The notes under the pieces are model-generated. The model made no database searches. It was not told the DNA's origin and saw only the letters and a program-made list of their open reading frames with translations. The translations under genes were made by a program, and so were the position numbers. A DNA stretch of 54,804 nt, the filler included, from Dimargaris cristalligena (Eukaryota), in NCBI GenBank assembly GCA_003614675.1. It is 4 parts of 4 records of this genome, joined end to end, with 100 filler letters (N's around TTAATTAATTAA, not from the genome) between each part and the next. Parts side by side here need not be neighbours in the genome. Positions count along the whole stretch, not along the records: positions 13,860 to 27,487 come from ML002982.1; 3 more parts are not named here. One strand, written 5' to 3'. This document shows positions 14,015 through 24,876 of the stretch, piece by piece. Every line of letters begins with the position of its first letter. Position 1 is the stretch's first letter.

Positions 14015-14598
14015 TGTCAACCACGTTGACTACTCTTAGTCTGTTAAGAGTCTCAGGGATAGGCTTCTAACAGTAGGCAGGGCTTAGACTCAGCCAGGCA
14101 GGCTACTAGTGTTAGGATGGGGGACACAGTACTAACTAATAAAGGCCTAGGCAATGAGGTTATGCAAGGGATGTGCAGTAGGCACACTTATGGGTCAGTA
14201 TAAAGGGGTGAGTGTATATAGAGTTTATTGTGGTAAACTAGGGGGTAGGAATAAGCTAAAGAATTAATCTGGTCCATGATGGGGCCTGGTTATATATACA
14301 TGGGGACAGCTCCAGAGGGAGGTCCCAAGGGAGATACTACTAAACTATGGTATAGATAAATAGACTGACCAGATGGGCTTTATATCTAGAAGACTCTCAT
14401 GGGAACCAGAAGAGTATTTGGATCAGTAAGTTGAGTATTTTGTGTGAAGCATTGGGGCCGGAAGGAGAAGGGTTATATAATAAATGATAATCCCATAGTA
14501 CCAGGGGTGACCATGGGAGGGTTAGTATGGTGCTTATCAGGCCTAATAAGGGTGGATGATTATTAAGTCCGGATTAAGTCAGATTAGGAGGGCTAACA
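14015..14598 (-). mobile_element. Solo LTR (584 bp) with 5-bp target-site duplication
   Basis: Termini TGTCA...TAACA. GAAGG at both 14010-14014 and 14599-14603. Homologous to 41701-42103 and, in reverse complement, to 42132-42707. Strand inferred from TATA-then-AATAAA order. Confidence 0.85.
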
Positions 14599-14801
14599 GA
14601 AGGTAAGAGCTTCTAGTTTAATACTTGATAATTAGATGAAATATCTGACTATAATCTGAAGATGAAGTAAAGTCTTACTATTGCACTGGGTGTGACTAAC
14701 AGAAGTATGCATGGTTTAATGAGGCTTGCCATGGACAAGCTGCACGGCAAGGTCCTGAACCTCTACCCTCTGATTAAGCCGCAGCAATAATATTGTGATA
14801 T

Positions 14802-14937
14802 GGGTGAAGTTCATCTAAGCTATATAACGAAAAATCCATTAGATTCGGCTAATATTACTAGTTAAAAATAAATTTCCCATATATTCTCCCATACACATAT
14901 AATGTAAACCCTTATATAGCTGGGCTGAATTTCACCC
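14802..14937. mobile_element. Complete MITE (136 bp) with terminal inverted repeats, flanked by ATAT
   Basis: Left end ATATGGGTGAAGTTCATCTAAGCTATATAA versus reverse complement of right end ATATGGGTGAAATTCAGCCCAGCTATATAA: 26/30 identical. Two further copies occur in the window. Confidence 0.8.
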
Positions 14938-15363
14938 ATATGTTAATGTGTGATAAGCTTGACTTTTTATGTTTTAATGTAGTTGAGGAGCTGGATCATT
15001 TGAAGGGCCGTCACCCGGGTGACCCATTTTTGGCCATTTAGGATTCTTAGGAACGAGCGGCATATTCAGTCTTTTATTATGGACAGAATCCTTCCAACCT
15101 TTTTTTAACTATATTTTATTATGTTTATTAAAACTGTTGGATAATCTCCAATTGGCCATCATTTTTATTTAATAAGAGCATAGTCGTTATATATTATGGG
15201 TAAGTTGGTGATGGGGATATATGGTGCAAGAGACGATATCGCGTCGCGTTAATAAATTAAAAATAAATGGTATGAGAATATTACAAGGGTTTTGTCGTAA
15301 GTATCGTTAGGGTCGTCGTGCCCGAAAGGATCCATCGCGCATAGGATTATATAAAAAGAGATT

Positions 15364-18300
15364 TTATATACGAATACCAGCCTGCTGCTCAATTGTCGAA
15401 ATGAGTTCCCGATTGGTCTCCTCCCAAAGTGAGGCCCGACGACCATCGTCGGATTTGGGCCCTCCGATGAGATTAAACAAATCCGCAATGGGAATTTCAT
15501 CGCTATCCCCATTTGATTCCACTTCGGCTTCGCTGTCGGATAATACGGCAACGGGGGTATGGTAGCGGGCCGGCGGAGTCAACGCATGGGCCGAGTGGGG
15601 CGATTTTAAAGGGGTTAGAATGTTTCTTCCGGAGACGGTGGACAGGGGCCTGGGAACGGGCGATGTCGGACGGTACATGGCCGTCGCCGGTAACGAGTGG
15701 GTTGATAGGGGTGCTTGTGGGGGGCCGACCATGGGCACCAGGTATGAGGGTAAAACCACCGGTATGAACTGGGATGTGCGATAGGCATGCGAGGCCAGGG
15801 AGGTACGGTAGGGCGAGGAAGAAGCAGTCAGGGGATTACCAGCAGTTTGGGTTGGGGTATTTGCTTGCTGGGTCGATTGAGCCCGAGTCCGTGCCGCTAG
15901 TTTTGCGGTCCGCTGGGGCGAATCTTTGGGATTGATGGATGCTCTGGCTGGGTTCGGGGGAGGCGGTAAATCGGTAGCTGGGGAATTCGAGGGAATCAAT
16001 GCAGACATGGCAGATGACAACGCTTCGGGGATATCGTGGCGAAATACAGCCATAGGACGCCAGGGGGGGATCGACTTTTCGCGAGTACGGCGTCTAAACC
16101 GTATATTCTGCGGCTGTGTGGTCGATGCCACGGATTGTCCATCCATTGATGAACCCAGCAGGTAGCGGTTACTAGTAAAACTGGAACTCCGGGGATAGTT
16201 AGCCAGTAGGTTGTCAATTGATTGGTAGGCGGAGTCGATGCCTTCCACAGATGGAACCGGGCTAGTAATATCTGCCTCAAAAATTCCGTCGGAGTGGATC
16301 TCAACTTCCGGAAGGGGTTGGGCGGATTTGTCGGCCGGGGGGGAGCTTGCTCGAATATCTAACCACCGTGGGAGTCTCGCTTTGGGCACATTGAGCGTGG
16401 ACAGGGCGGACTTGGCGCGGTGTCGTTGATCGGATTTCGAGGGCATCTTGGTGGTAGAGCCATCTGAGGTAGACTCGGAGGAGCGGGGGAACTTGCCCAT
16501 AGGCAAACACAAAGAGTGGCCACGATCCTTAGTAACGGTTTGCCCCTCGGCATGTGCCCGACTCCGCCGGGTATTCATAATGGCTGATTTGAAAAAACGG
16601 GAGCGGGGACTCGGGACATCTTCCTCGAGTTCACTAGTAGCACCCTCACCTGGCTGGGCGGGAATTACGGAAGGTGGCTGTGGTGGTTGATCGAGGTATT
16701 GTCGTATATAACTGGTTTTCCGCTGCATAAACGAATAAGGGTGACGCAATGCGTTATTTCCCTGTAATGAGTACTGCGTTGACTGGGCGTCTGACGACGA
16801 CGTGAAGTCTTCCATCTCCTCCTCAAATGGGTCAGACTGGGTTGCTATGGTCTTATCCCGGCGGCCTAAAATCCACTGACGAGGCCGCGTTACAAACGTA
16901 CTAATACGCTTGATTTGGTTACTTAGGGTCAAGGCACGCTGACGACTAATGGAAGGGACTGTTGAGTGGGTGGAGCTACCAGACGGGGTTGTGCCCATGT
17001 CCAGCGTAGCGCGACGAGTACCTACTGTTATCATGGATGCCGACGAGCGAAGAAGGGCTGTTTTGGTCGGAAAACCTAACATTTCGTCAAACGAACGGCT
17101 ACGACTTAGAGTGCCCGTGGCTCTCTCATGGCCCTCGGCATTTACAGGCTTGGAGGAGCGGGGGGTAGGGAAACGCCAGGGCCGGACGCTGGAGTTGACG
17201 GTGGATTTGCGGGGCAAGACAAGCTTCTCTGCGAGACCGAGCTTGCGTTTACCGGAGGGTACTACTTCCGAAGCACTCTTCTTCTCATTCAACGAACAGT
17301 CACTAAGACTAAAACTACGAAGTTGGAAGCGGGGGGTCGTCAAATAACGGGTGGGGCGGTTAAAGATGGACTCAAGACTGCGACTGGTGGGGGTAGGTGG
17401 CGCATGATTAGGGGGGGAGTGGGCCGGCGGGGTGCCGGAAGGTGAACAGCGCTCAACCACACTGGTAGCGAACTCCGATCGGGAGGGTCCAAAGACGGGG
17501 GAAGCCATGGGATGGTTAGCAGACTGGCGTCCGGAGGATATAGATTTTTCGTTAAACATGACAGACCGGGACCGATGATGCTTGGGCGTAATTCCACCGG
17601 ATTGGGATCTGGCGGGTAAGAGTTTAATAGGTAGTAGTGGGGGGGAGTCCCAACCGTTGGCCAAGTGCAGGATTTCGACCGGGAGAGAGGCGGCGTCCAG
17701 CAGAGAATCGTGACGGTGGATGATGGTTGTACCCGTATCGGAGACGTGAATCGGGACCGGGCGGGCGGACAGGGGGTGGTGAATCACCGAATCACGGTTG
17801 ACGACACTGGCACTGTCGGACCAATTGTTCTGGCGATGGATTAATTGAACTTGACTCGCGGTGGGAAGACCGGAGAGTTGGGTTATCGGTACTTTAAGGG
17901 GTGTTCCGCCTATTCGGACTTCTACCGATTTAGCGGATGGCGAGGCAATAAACGGGTCGGATCCGGAAGGCGGCGGTGGAGTCGAGGGTGCTGTCCACTG
18001 GGGAACTATGGAGGCACGGCTGTTATACAGGGTATTATCCCGGGTGATGGCGTCTAGTAAATCGTCTTCCGTAGGATTAGGTGAACGGGACCGACCAAGC
18101 CGAGTAGAAAGCCAACGACGAATGGGGGGCACAAGGCGTATGCGTCCGGTATCGCTGTCGTGATAAGTGTGTGGTCGGCTACGAGATACCGGGGATGCCT
18201 TAACGTGCGGTGTGACAGGTTCCGTAACAGCTGAATGTGGATCAGCAACGGTTGGTGATGAACTATCCGGGGGCGCTGAATTTCGGAGCGGTCTTTTTAA

Positions 18301-18894
18301 TAAACTGAGCCGGATTTTGGTATATTCGATGATCCGAGAAGTGGTAGACTTACGCTGGTAGGTCGGTCGCTCACTTTCCGAGTCACTAGAGGGAAATCGG
18401 GATGAAGAAAAATAGTTATCAAAGTTGGGGGGTGGAAGAGAGAGATAGTCTACCTGCTGTACTTGAGGGGAGTGGGAGGGGGGCGTCTTAAATTTTAAGC
18501 GGGAATCCGAGGAAAGTACAGTATAATGATGATGGTGGACAAGGAGATCGTTGGGGTCGGACATGAGCTGCTCTGACACAGGTGGTTGAGGGGGACGGTT
18601 TATATAGCTAAAGGTACACTCGGATGGCCGAGGGGGACGCGGGGGTTTCAACCCAAGGCCCACATGCGCCTGTGGTCGGCGGGCCTGATAAGCCCCCGTG
18701 TTGGCTGAAGGTGAGGTGATAGTTATGGGTTCTTCAGGGGGATGCTGGGCTGAGCAGGAGTTGGTCTTGGCCTCCAAATCACGAGTCAGTTTAGCAGCAG
18801 CCCGTTTGGCCTTATTATTGGCCATGTAGGTGGCAAACCGGCGATACCGAAAGTTGGACTGTAAGAAATCCGCCTCATCGTGACGGAACTTCAT
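15364..18894 (-). CDS. Hypothetical Ser/Pro/Arg-rich, probably disordered protein (~1176 aa from first ATG)
   Basis: 3.5-kb uninterrupted ORF with no domain I recognise. First in-frame ATG at 18894 (MKFRHDEADF). A minus-strand acceptor-like TTTCATTTAG near 18964 leaves an upstream exon possible. Confidence 0.75.
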   Translation of the reverse strand: MKFRHDEADFLQSNFRYRRFATYMANNKAKRAAAKLTRDLEAKTNSCSAQHPPEEPITITSPSANTGAYQARRPQAHVGLGLKPPRPPRPSECTFSYINRPPQPPVSEQLMSDPNDLLVHHHHYTVLSSDSRLKFKTPPSHSPQVQQVDYLSLPPPNFDNYFSSSRFPSSDSESERPTYQRKSTTSRIIEYTKIRLSLLKRPLRNSAPPDSSSPTVADPHSAVTEPVTPHVKASPVSRSRPHTYHDSDTGRIRLVPPIRRWLSTRLGRSRSPNPTEDDLLDAITRDNTLYNSRASIVPQWTAPSTPPPPSGSDPFIASPSAKSVEVRIGGTPLKVPITQLSGLPTASQVQLIHRQNNWSDSASVVNRDSVIHHPLSARPVPIHVSDTGTTIIHRHDSLLDAASLPVEILHLANGWDSPPLLPIKLLPARSQSGGITPKHHRSRSVMFNEKSISSGRQSANHPMASPVFGPSRSEFATSVVERCSPSGTPPAHSPPNHAPPTPTSRSLESIFNRPTRYLTTPRFQLRSFSLSDCSLNEKKSASEVVPSGKRKLGLAEKLVLPRKSTVNSSVRPWRFPTPRSSKPVNAEGHERATGTLSRSRSFDEMLGFPTKTALLRSSASMITVGTRRATLDMGTTPSGSSTHSTVPSISRQRALTLSNQIKRISTFVTRPRQWILGRRDKTIATQSDPFEEEMEDFTSSSDAQSTQYSLQGNNALRHPYSFMQRKTSYIRQYLDQPPQPPSVIPAQPGEGATSELEEDVPSPRSRFFKSAIMNTRRSRAHAEGQTVTKDRGHSLCLPMGKFPRSSESTSDGSTTKMPSKSDQRHRAKSALSTLNVPKARLPRWLDIRASSPPADKSAQPLPEVEIHSDGIFEADITSPVPSVEGIDSAYQSIDNLLANYPRSSSFTSNRYLLGSSMDGQSVASTTQPQNIRFRRRTREKSIPPWRPMAVFRHDIPEALSSAMSALIPSNSPATDLPPPPNPARASINPKDSPQRTAKLAARTRAQSTQQANTPTQTAGNPLTASSSPYRTSLASHAYRTSQFIPVVLPSYLVPMVGPPQAPLSTHSLPATAMYRPTSPVPRPLSTVSGRNILTPLKSPHSAHALTPPARYHTPVAVLSDSEAEVESNGDSDEIPIADLFNLIGGPKSDDGRRASLWEETNRELISTIEQQAGIRI

Positions 18895-21800
18895 GGTGAT
18901 CTGCGGGTGTGAATGGGTGTGGTATCGAAAAGTGTGGAGAGTTAGGGGGCGCACCAACTGACGCTAAATGAAAATATAAATAAAGTAGTGATGCGGTAAA
19001 GCAGTTGGGGAATTAAAGTGACTATACAATAACGGTTAAACCGGCTGAAGGTGATTTAGCAGTACGTTGTCGGACTTGACGACAAATGTCGATTAAAAAT
19101 GTCTGCTGGCAGATACTATCAAAGTATTTGGTCTGGGAAAATGCGGCGATACGTAAATATATTGCCGTTTGTGGGAGTTCTTTGCGGCGCCGTGATAGTA
19201 GTCGTTCACTAATGAATGATAGAAAACGCGACTGAAATAGGGTAAATGTACAATGTGTTAGCCAGCTGTATGGTAGAAGCCGTGTCAAATTAGGGCTTAA
19301 GTAGGGCGGTTCGGTCGGTAATATCCTACAGGAATTAAAAGGGAAGGTGTGGTGGGAAAGGTGAAAACTAAGGTCATGAGTATTAGAACCACGAGTGGAA
19401 TATGAACATTAAAAGAAATTAAGTCGATCCCCAGCGTGGCGGGGTAAATCGAATAACAAACTGGCATAAAGTGACTATCAGGTGTGCAAGCAAAGAGTAC
19501 TTTACATGCCTTTTTATTTACTGGCTAAGGAAACCTGGCTGACTGGCCTGATGCAAGCCCCAATCCCTCCCCCTAGTCTTCCCTCTCGTTCGTTCAGCCA
19601 TTGGAGACGACTCGCACCCCCCTTTCGACTTACCGTAATCTCTAGACTGGCCCCGTATTCTGCACTAAAATAGAGCAGGTGTTCACTAAGGGACACCCAT
19701 GGGACAATCCGACGGTTCGGTTTAATAAATAGCCAAGAATACAATCACCGATGAGTCGCTAAGTTCCCCCATCCACTTGGTTGATTAAGCCAATTCAACA
19801 CTGGCTATTGGGCTGAATGAGACACTGGTAAGCTTAGTGAGTAATGCGAAGCGGGCGGATTAGTTTTAGTTGGCCAGAGCCAACGGTGACTTCCAGTGAC
19901 TGGTCCCCTCCTAACTGACGTATTCAGTCCAGAGGTTGGTTGAACGGCTTCAGTTCTTGACGAACAAGAGCGAGGAATGGAGACGCAAGGAGACAGAGGA
20001 GAGAGAGAGAAAGTGTGACAGAGAGAGAAAGGGGAATTGACCAGTTTGGCCCGCTTGCAGGCTGCTCAGTCCTATTTCACTTAATGACTGCCCCCGAACA
20101 GTATCGATGGTCAGGGGGGGGGGTCAGCCCCGCCGCCAGGAACTGAACGACTAGGAGCGGATGCGCCCCAATTGCTACTTGTTACTGAGCCATTTAATCA
20201 GGGGGGAAGAATAGATTACCGGTACTGTAATGTACAAGTGATTGGGCAGCACCTGTACCAGGCCTACTTGGCTGACTCAAGGCGACCATAGTAAAGTAAT
20301 CCAGTAGTTTTTTCCTCGGGCTTGTCATAAAAATAAGACTACTGTCGGATCAAATTGATGCAGCGGGTAGCTTGCCCATATGGTTCAAAGGTTTATAATA
20401 GTATGGGAATGCGTTTTCCCCGTCGAGATATGAAGGGGTGCACTTTATCTCTTGGCATTTCTTAAAAATGACTAATACGTCGTACACCTTTGGAATTAAA
20501 GAAATTGCTGACCCAATTATGGGTGAATAACATTAAGCCACCACCGTAAGGCCTAATCGCGGCCAGTCAATCCGGGTTCCCAAATCTGGTAACTTCCTGT
20601 TCAAGCCTAGATATAACCATTATACATTGAGACTAGGTCGCAAATAGTCAGATGGACCCACTACTGTATGGTTAGATACAGTCCTATCTTTCTATTAGGT
20701 AAATGAGGATAGCAATTGCTGAATCACGGGAAATACCAACTGGCCACCAATCGGTAAACCGACTTAGGAGCAGATAGTAAGATACCATTCGATCTTGTCC
20801 AAAGGGGCAACATGAATCCCGCATAGTGAGGCACCGGTTGCCCCTGAGAGCCGCCCAGCGCAGTCGATGGAAAGGAGCTGATCGGGGATTCCATTAGAAC
20901 TTGGTCTGGTTGAGCTCAATAAATCCATTACCAAATGCCGAAGCGAGGGTTTGTTAATTCGGCAGTGTCAGAACATTGGTTTCTAATTCAGTGGTAATGT
21001 TCTTTGGAATATAGGTGAGGTATAGGAAAGCTTTATGTACCGCTCTTGTGACCCGTAGAAATGGAACACCTGCCATCCTACGTCGCAATTAGAAGAGCCC
21101 CATTAACTGCCCCGAATATCGACGTCACTTCCGCTCCCCTGGGTGATACACTATTGGAGCTATAGTGATCCACCCCGGCATGAACATATTAGTCAACGGC
21201 GACTGCAGCGTATTGCGGAATAAAGATGCTCCTACCACACCATGACAATTAAGCTAGCATAATAGACCAATAGGGTAAATATATCAAAGCACTACCATGC
21301 CTATGTAACACAATGCCAAACCCCTAGAAGGTGGGGGGGGGTACGCTAATATATTCGGATGATAAATACTAATAATGTATTTATTGATATAATCTAACAT
21401 CCGGACAAACTGCCTGCTGGGGAGTGATTCCACGTCGACTTCAACTGTATAGTATGAGATTGGAAACCCAATGTGCGGAGATATTTGGAAATTAGGTGGC
21501 CATAGTTTGGTTAGACCCCTCAACAGTACTGGTATAAATTCAATTTTTGAGGGAAGGATTCCCACTACCTACTTTTATCTACAGTGAACCTTGATATATA
21601 CATAACGGGCCTTGGAAGTTGCCATAAAAGCACAAATGGTAGAGCTAGTCCATACTAAGGCATTTACTCCCACCACTACCTGCGTGGTGTGCGTATGTGC
21701 CAAGCACATTCAAACAACCGACTTCTGTGACTCCACTACCCTTTCCAAATAATACTTGAACCTACATGAGAATCGAATGGCGGCCCTTTGTGAATTTTCA

Positions 21801-22860
21801 CCTGGGCGGAAGTGATTTACAAAGGGAAGTCTGCTTAACTATTCCCTACTTAGTTAACTATGGTATACTAAATTGCACCAGATCAGACTAGGTAGCTCTA
21901 TAAGGTCGACGAACATTCCCTTACCCCACCCCACTCCGGCCCCTAACCCTGGACGCCATTCTTGCTCCGGGTAGTACTCTAACCCACAACTGAGGAGCCC
22001 CTAAACCAACAGGATAATGATGAGCAAATACAGTCCTTCAGAGTATTTGCATAGTCCTTTACTCGCCCTATGCGGCACCCAATTTTCTATTCTTCATTCT
22101 TGGCGTTTGATCACCCCTTTTATAACCACAAATATGTGCTTCGGCTCTCGGGCTAACGACCAAACATTCTATTGTTTGGTAGACCCCTATAGATGCATTA
22201 TGGCAACGAGGCGGGTTGCCATGGAGCTGCATTCGCCATTCAATATTACACTTATGCAATAATTCATGTGTCAGTTCCGAAGGCTAGATTATTCTACAGG
22301 AGTCAGGGAGCGGGTAGGTCTAATTCCTGGGATGTCCAGGTGATACGGGGAACCCCTATTATAAGCATTGTTAGAAATGTAATTCACCACCATTTTTCGA
22401 CGTGATACATGCGGAGGGTGATCTTACCCATATGATCCTTGAAACTCTTTTACACACTGTGGGGTATGCTCAACATGAGGGTAGCAGGGGACTGCTGCTG
22501 GACCTGGTTAATCGATGCCGCTCCCCGCAGTCTAATTGAGACGTTCCATACCGGTGTCGTTAGTTATGCGCATACATCCATTGATTGGTGTACCATATAC
22601 TCTATTCCAGAAATACTTATATATCTATATATATGTAATATAGATACATACACTCACCCTTTGTCGTCATCCACTGTCTTCGTTCCACCCTACTTATTCA
22701 ACCCTTCCAACTCCAGAGACTACCTCATACCTTATCTTACCCTACACTCTGCTCTGTTTCTATATATCCACTTTTATCGGAGTCATTATTTCAGCTTGCT
22801 CCTTCCAAGTGTCCATCTCCCTCCCCCCCTTCAACATCCCCTTCCACCAGTTCAGTAACC

Positions 22861-24876
22861 ATGCCCACCGATGGCCGCTCTGCTCTCAACTGGAACTACA
22901 CTCCTGAGCAAATTGACTCGGAAACCAAAGCCTACGTTGCTAGCAAGAAGCAGCTGTTGGACCGCATCGCCGCCCTATCCGATTCTGACGCCACTTTTGA
23001 CTCAGTTATCGTTCCTCTCGGCCAGGACGAAAATGACACTTCGACTACTTTGGGTGTGGTGACGTTCTTCCAACACGTCAGTTCCGACGTGGCCCTTCGC
23101 GATGCCAGTACCGCTGCCGAGCAGACCCTCCAGGAGTTCGAGATTGAGTGTGGCATGCGCGAAGATGTCTTCAAGGTCGTTGACGTGGTGTTTAAGAAAA
23201 CCGATCGCGCCGCGCTGGCTCCTGAGGACCGCCGTTTGCTGGAAAAGATCCACCGGGACTACCGCCGCGACGGTTTGGCCCTGCCCAAGCCCCAGTTGGA
23301 GGAACTCAAGACTATCCGCAAGCGCCTCGCCGAGCTGTCCATCTTATTCTCCCGTAACTTGAACGAAGCCGATGTGGACCGTACCTTCACCCGAGACGAA
23401 CTGCTGGGCATGCCCGACGACTTTTTGGAGGGTCTGGAGACCAAGGAAGTGGACGGCGAAACCGTCTACGTGGTCACTACCAAGTACCCCGACCTCTTCC
23501 CCGTTCTGACCCTGGCCAAGCGCGAAGAAACCCGCAAGAAGCTTAACATTGCCTACGATACCCGCTGCAAGGAGAACATCGCCCTCCTGGAGGAAGCTAT
23601 TCAACTCCGCCACCAGGCCGCGCAGTTGCTGGGTTACCCCAACCACGCCGCCTTCGTGCTGGAGGAGAAGATGGCCAAGACTCCCGAAAAAGTGGGCGAT
23701 TTCCTGTCCGATATGCGCCAGCGTCTCCTGCCCTTGGGCAAGTCGGAGATTGAAACCTTCAAGAACTACCAGCGCGAGACTAAGCAGGACCTGGGCGAAG
23801 CCCCTGGGGATGGCGCCATCTACTCCTGGGACTACCGGTTCTATATGAACCAGGTCAAGGAGCGTGAATATAATGTCGATGACGAGGCGGTGAAGCAGTA
23901 CTTCTCCATGGAAAATGTCACCAACGGTATGCTGGACATTTACCAAACCGTCCTGGGACTTAGGTTCGTCGAAACCAAGGATGCGCCTATTTGGCATAGT
24001 GAAGTGCGCGTGTTTGAAGTTTGGGACAGCAAGACCAACGATTTTATTGGCCACTTCTATCTGGATCTGTTCCCCCGTAAGGGCAAGTATAACCACGCTG
24101 CCTGCTTCCCCATCCGCTCCGGCTCTCTGTTGGCCGATGGTAGCTACAGCACCCCCGTTGCCGCTATGGTGGCCAATTTCTCCAAGCCAACCCCTAATGC
24201 CCCGTCGCTACTCAAGCACGACGAGGTCACCACCTATTTCCACGAACTGGGCCACGTCATGCACGGCCTGTGCAGTCAAACCAAGTGGTCTCGCTTCCAC
24301 GGTACCAGTACCGAAAACGATTTTGTGGAGGCCCCCTCCCAGATGCTCGAAAACTGGTGCTGGGAACCCGAGGTGCTCCGCGGCTTCTCCGGCCACTACG
24401 AAACCGGCGCCCCTATTCCCGACGACTTGCTCAATCGCCTAACCAAGTCCAAGAACGTCTGCGCCGGCCTTTTCAACCTCCGCCAGATTTTCTTCAGCCT
24501 CTTTGACCTGAGTGTCCACACCCAGGCCGGCGGTAAGGTCGATTCCGTGGCCCTGTGGCGCAGCATGCGGGAGGACGTGACCCTGATCAGAGACGTCGAC
24601 TCCAGTGCCGAGACTTGGCCCGCCGCCGGGTTCGGCCACATCATGGGTGGCTACGACGCCGGCTATTACGGCTACATGTGGTCACAGGTGTTCTCGGCCG
24701 ACATGTTCTACTCGCGCTTCAAGAAGGAGGGGGTGATGAACCCCAAGACGGGTCACGATTACCGGATCGAGATTCTCAAACCCGGTGGCAGCCGCGATGG
24801 TATGGAACACCTCAAGGCCTTCCTGGGTCGTGAACCCAAGATTGACCCCTTCTTCAAGTCCCTGGGCTTGAATTAA
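22861..24876 (+). CDS. PRD1: M3A metallo-oligopeptidase (thimet oligopeptidase/saccharolysin-like)
   Basis: Intronless 671 aa. Zinc motif FHELGHVMH, DFVEAPSQMLENW, FYLDLFPRKGKYNHAA and GYDAGYYGYMWS. Strong GC3 bias. Orthology to yeast PRD1 is inferred. Confidence 0.92.
   Translation: MPTDGRSALNWNYTPEQIDSETKAYVASKKQLLDRIAALSDSDATFDSVIVPLGQDENDTSTTLGVVTFFQHVSSDVALRDASTAAEQTLQEFEIECGMREDVFKVVDVVFKKTDRAALAPEDRRLLEKIHRDYRRDGLALPKPQLEELKTIRKRLAELSILFSRNLNEADVDRTFTRDELLGMPDDFLEGLETKEVDGETVYVVTTKYPDLFPVLTLAKREETRKKLNIAYDTRCKENIALLEEAIQLRHQAAQLLGYPNHAAFVLEEKMAKTPEKVGDFLSDMRQRLLPLGKSEIETFKNYQRETKQDLGEAPGDGAIYSWDYRFYMNQVKEREYNVDDEAVKQYFSMENVTNGMLDIYQTVLGLRFVETKDAPIWHSEVRVFEVWDSKTNDFIGHFYLDLFPRKGKYNHAACFPIRSGSLLADGSYSTPVAAMVANFSKPTPNAPSLLKHDEVTTYFHELGHVMHGLCSQTKWSRFHGTSTENDFVEAPSQMLENWCWEPEVLRGFSGHYETGAPIPDDLLNRLTKSKNVCAGLFNLRQIFFSLFDLSVHTQAGGKVDSVALWRSMREDVTLIRDVDSSAETWPAAGFGHIMGGYDAGYYGYMWSQVFSADMFYSRFKKEGVMNPKTGHDYRIEILKPGGSRDGMEHLKAFLGREPKIDPFFKSLGLN

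Noticed and set aside
13633..14937. Two inverted MITE copies as the TIRs of one 1.3-kb transposon
   Set aside because: They straddle an artificial gap, and the second copy is a complete element with its own TIRs.
20821..20950. CTGAGA...GAACTTGGTCTGG resembling a TPP riboswitch
   Set aside because: Spacing and remaining conserved elements do not fit, and there is no adjacent thiamine gene.
21940..21950. CCCTAACCCT (also at ~8001) as telomere or telomerase template
   Set aside because: Under two repeat units, with no array and no supporting structure.
23344..24096. 250-aa antisense ORF, and the similar 280-aa ORF at 28634-29476
   Set aside because: Shadow ORFs opposite strongly GC3-biased genes, with no protein-like motifs.
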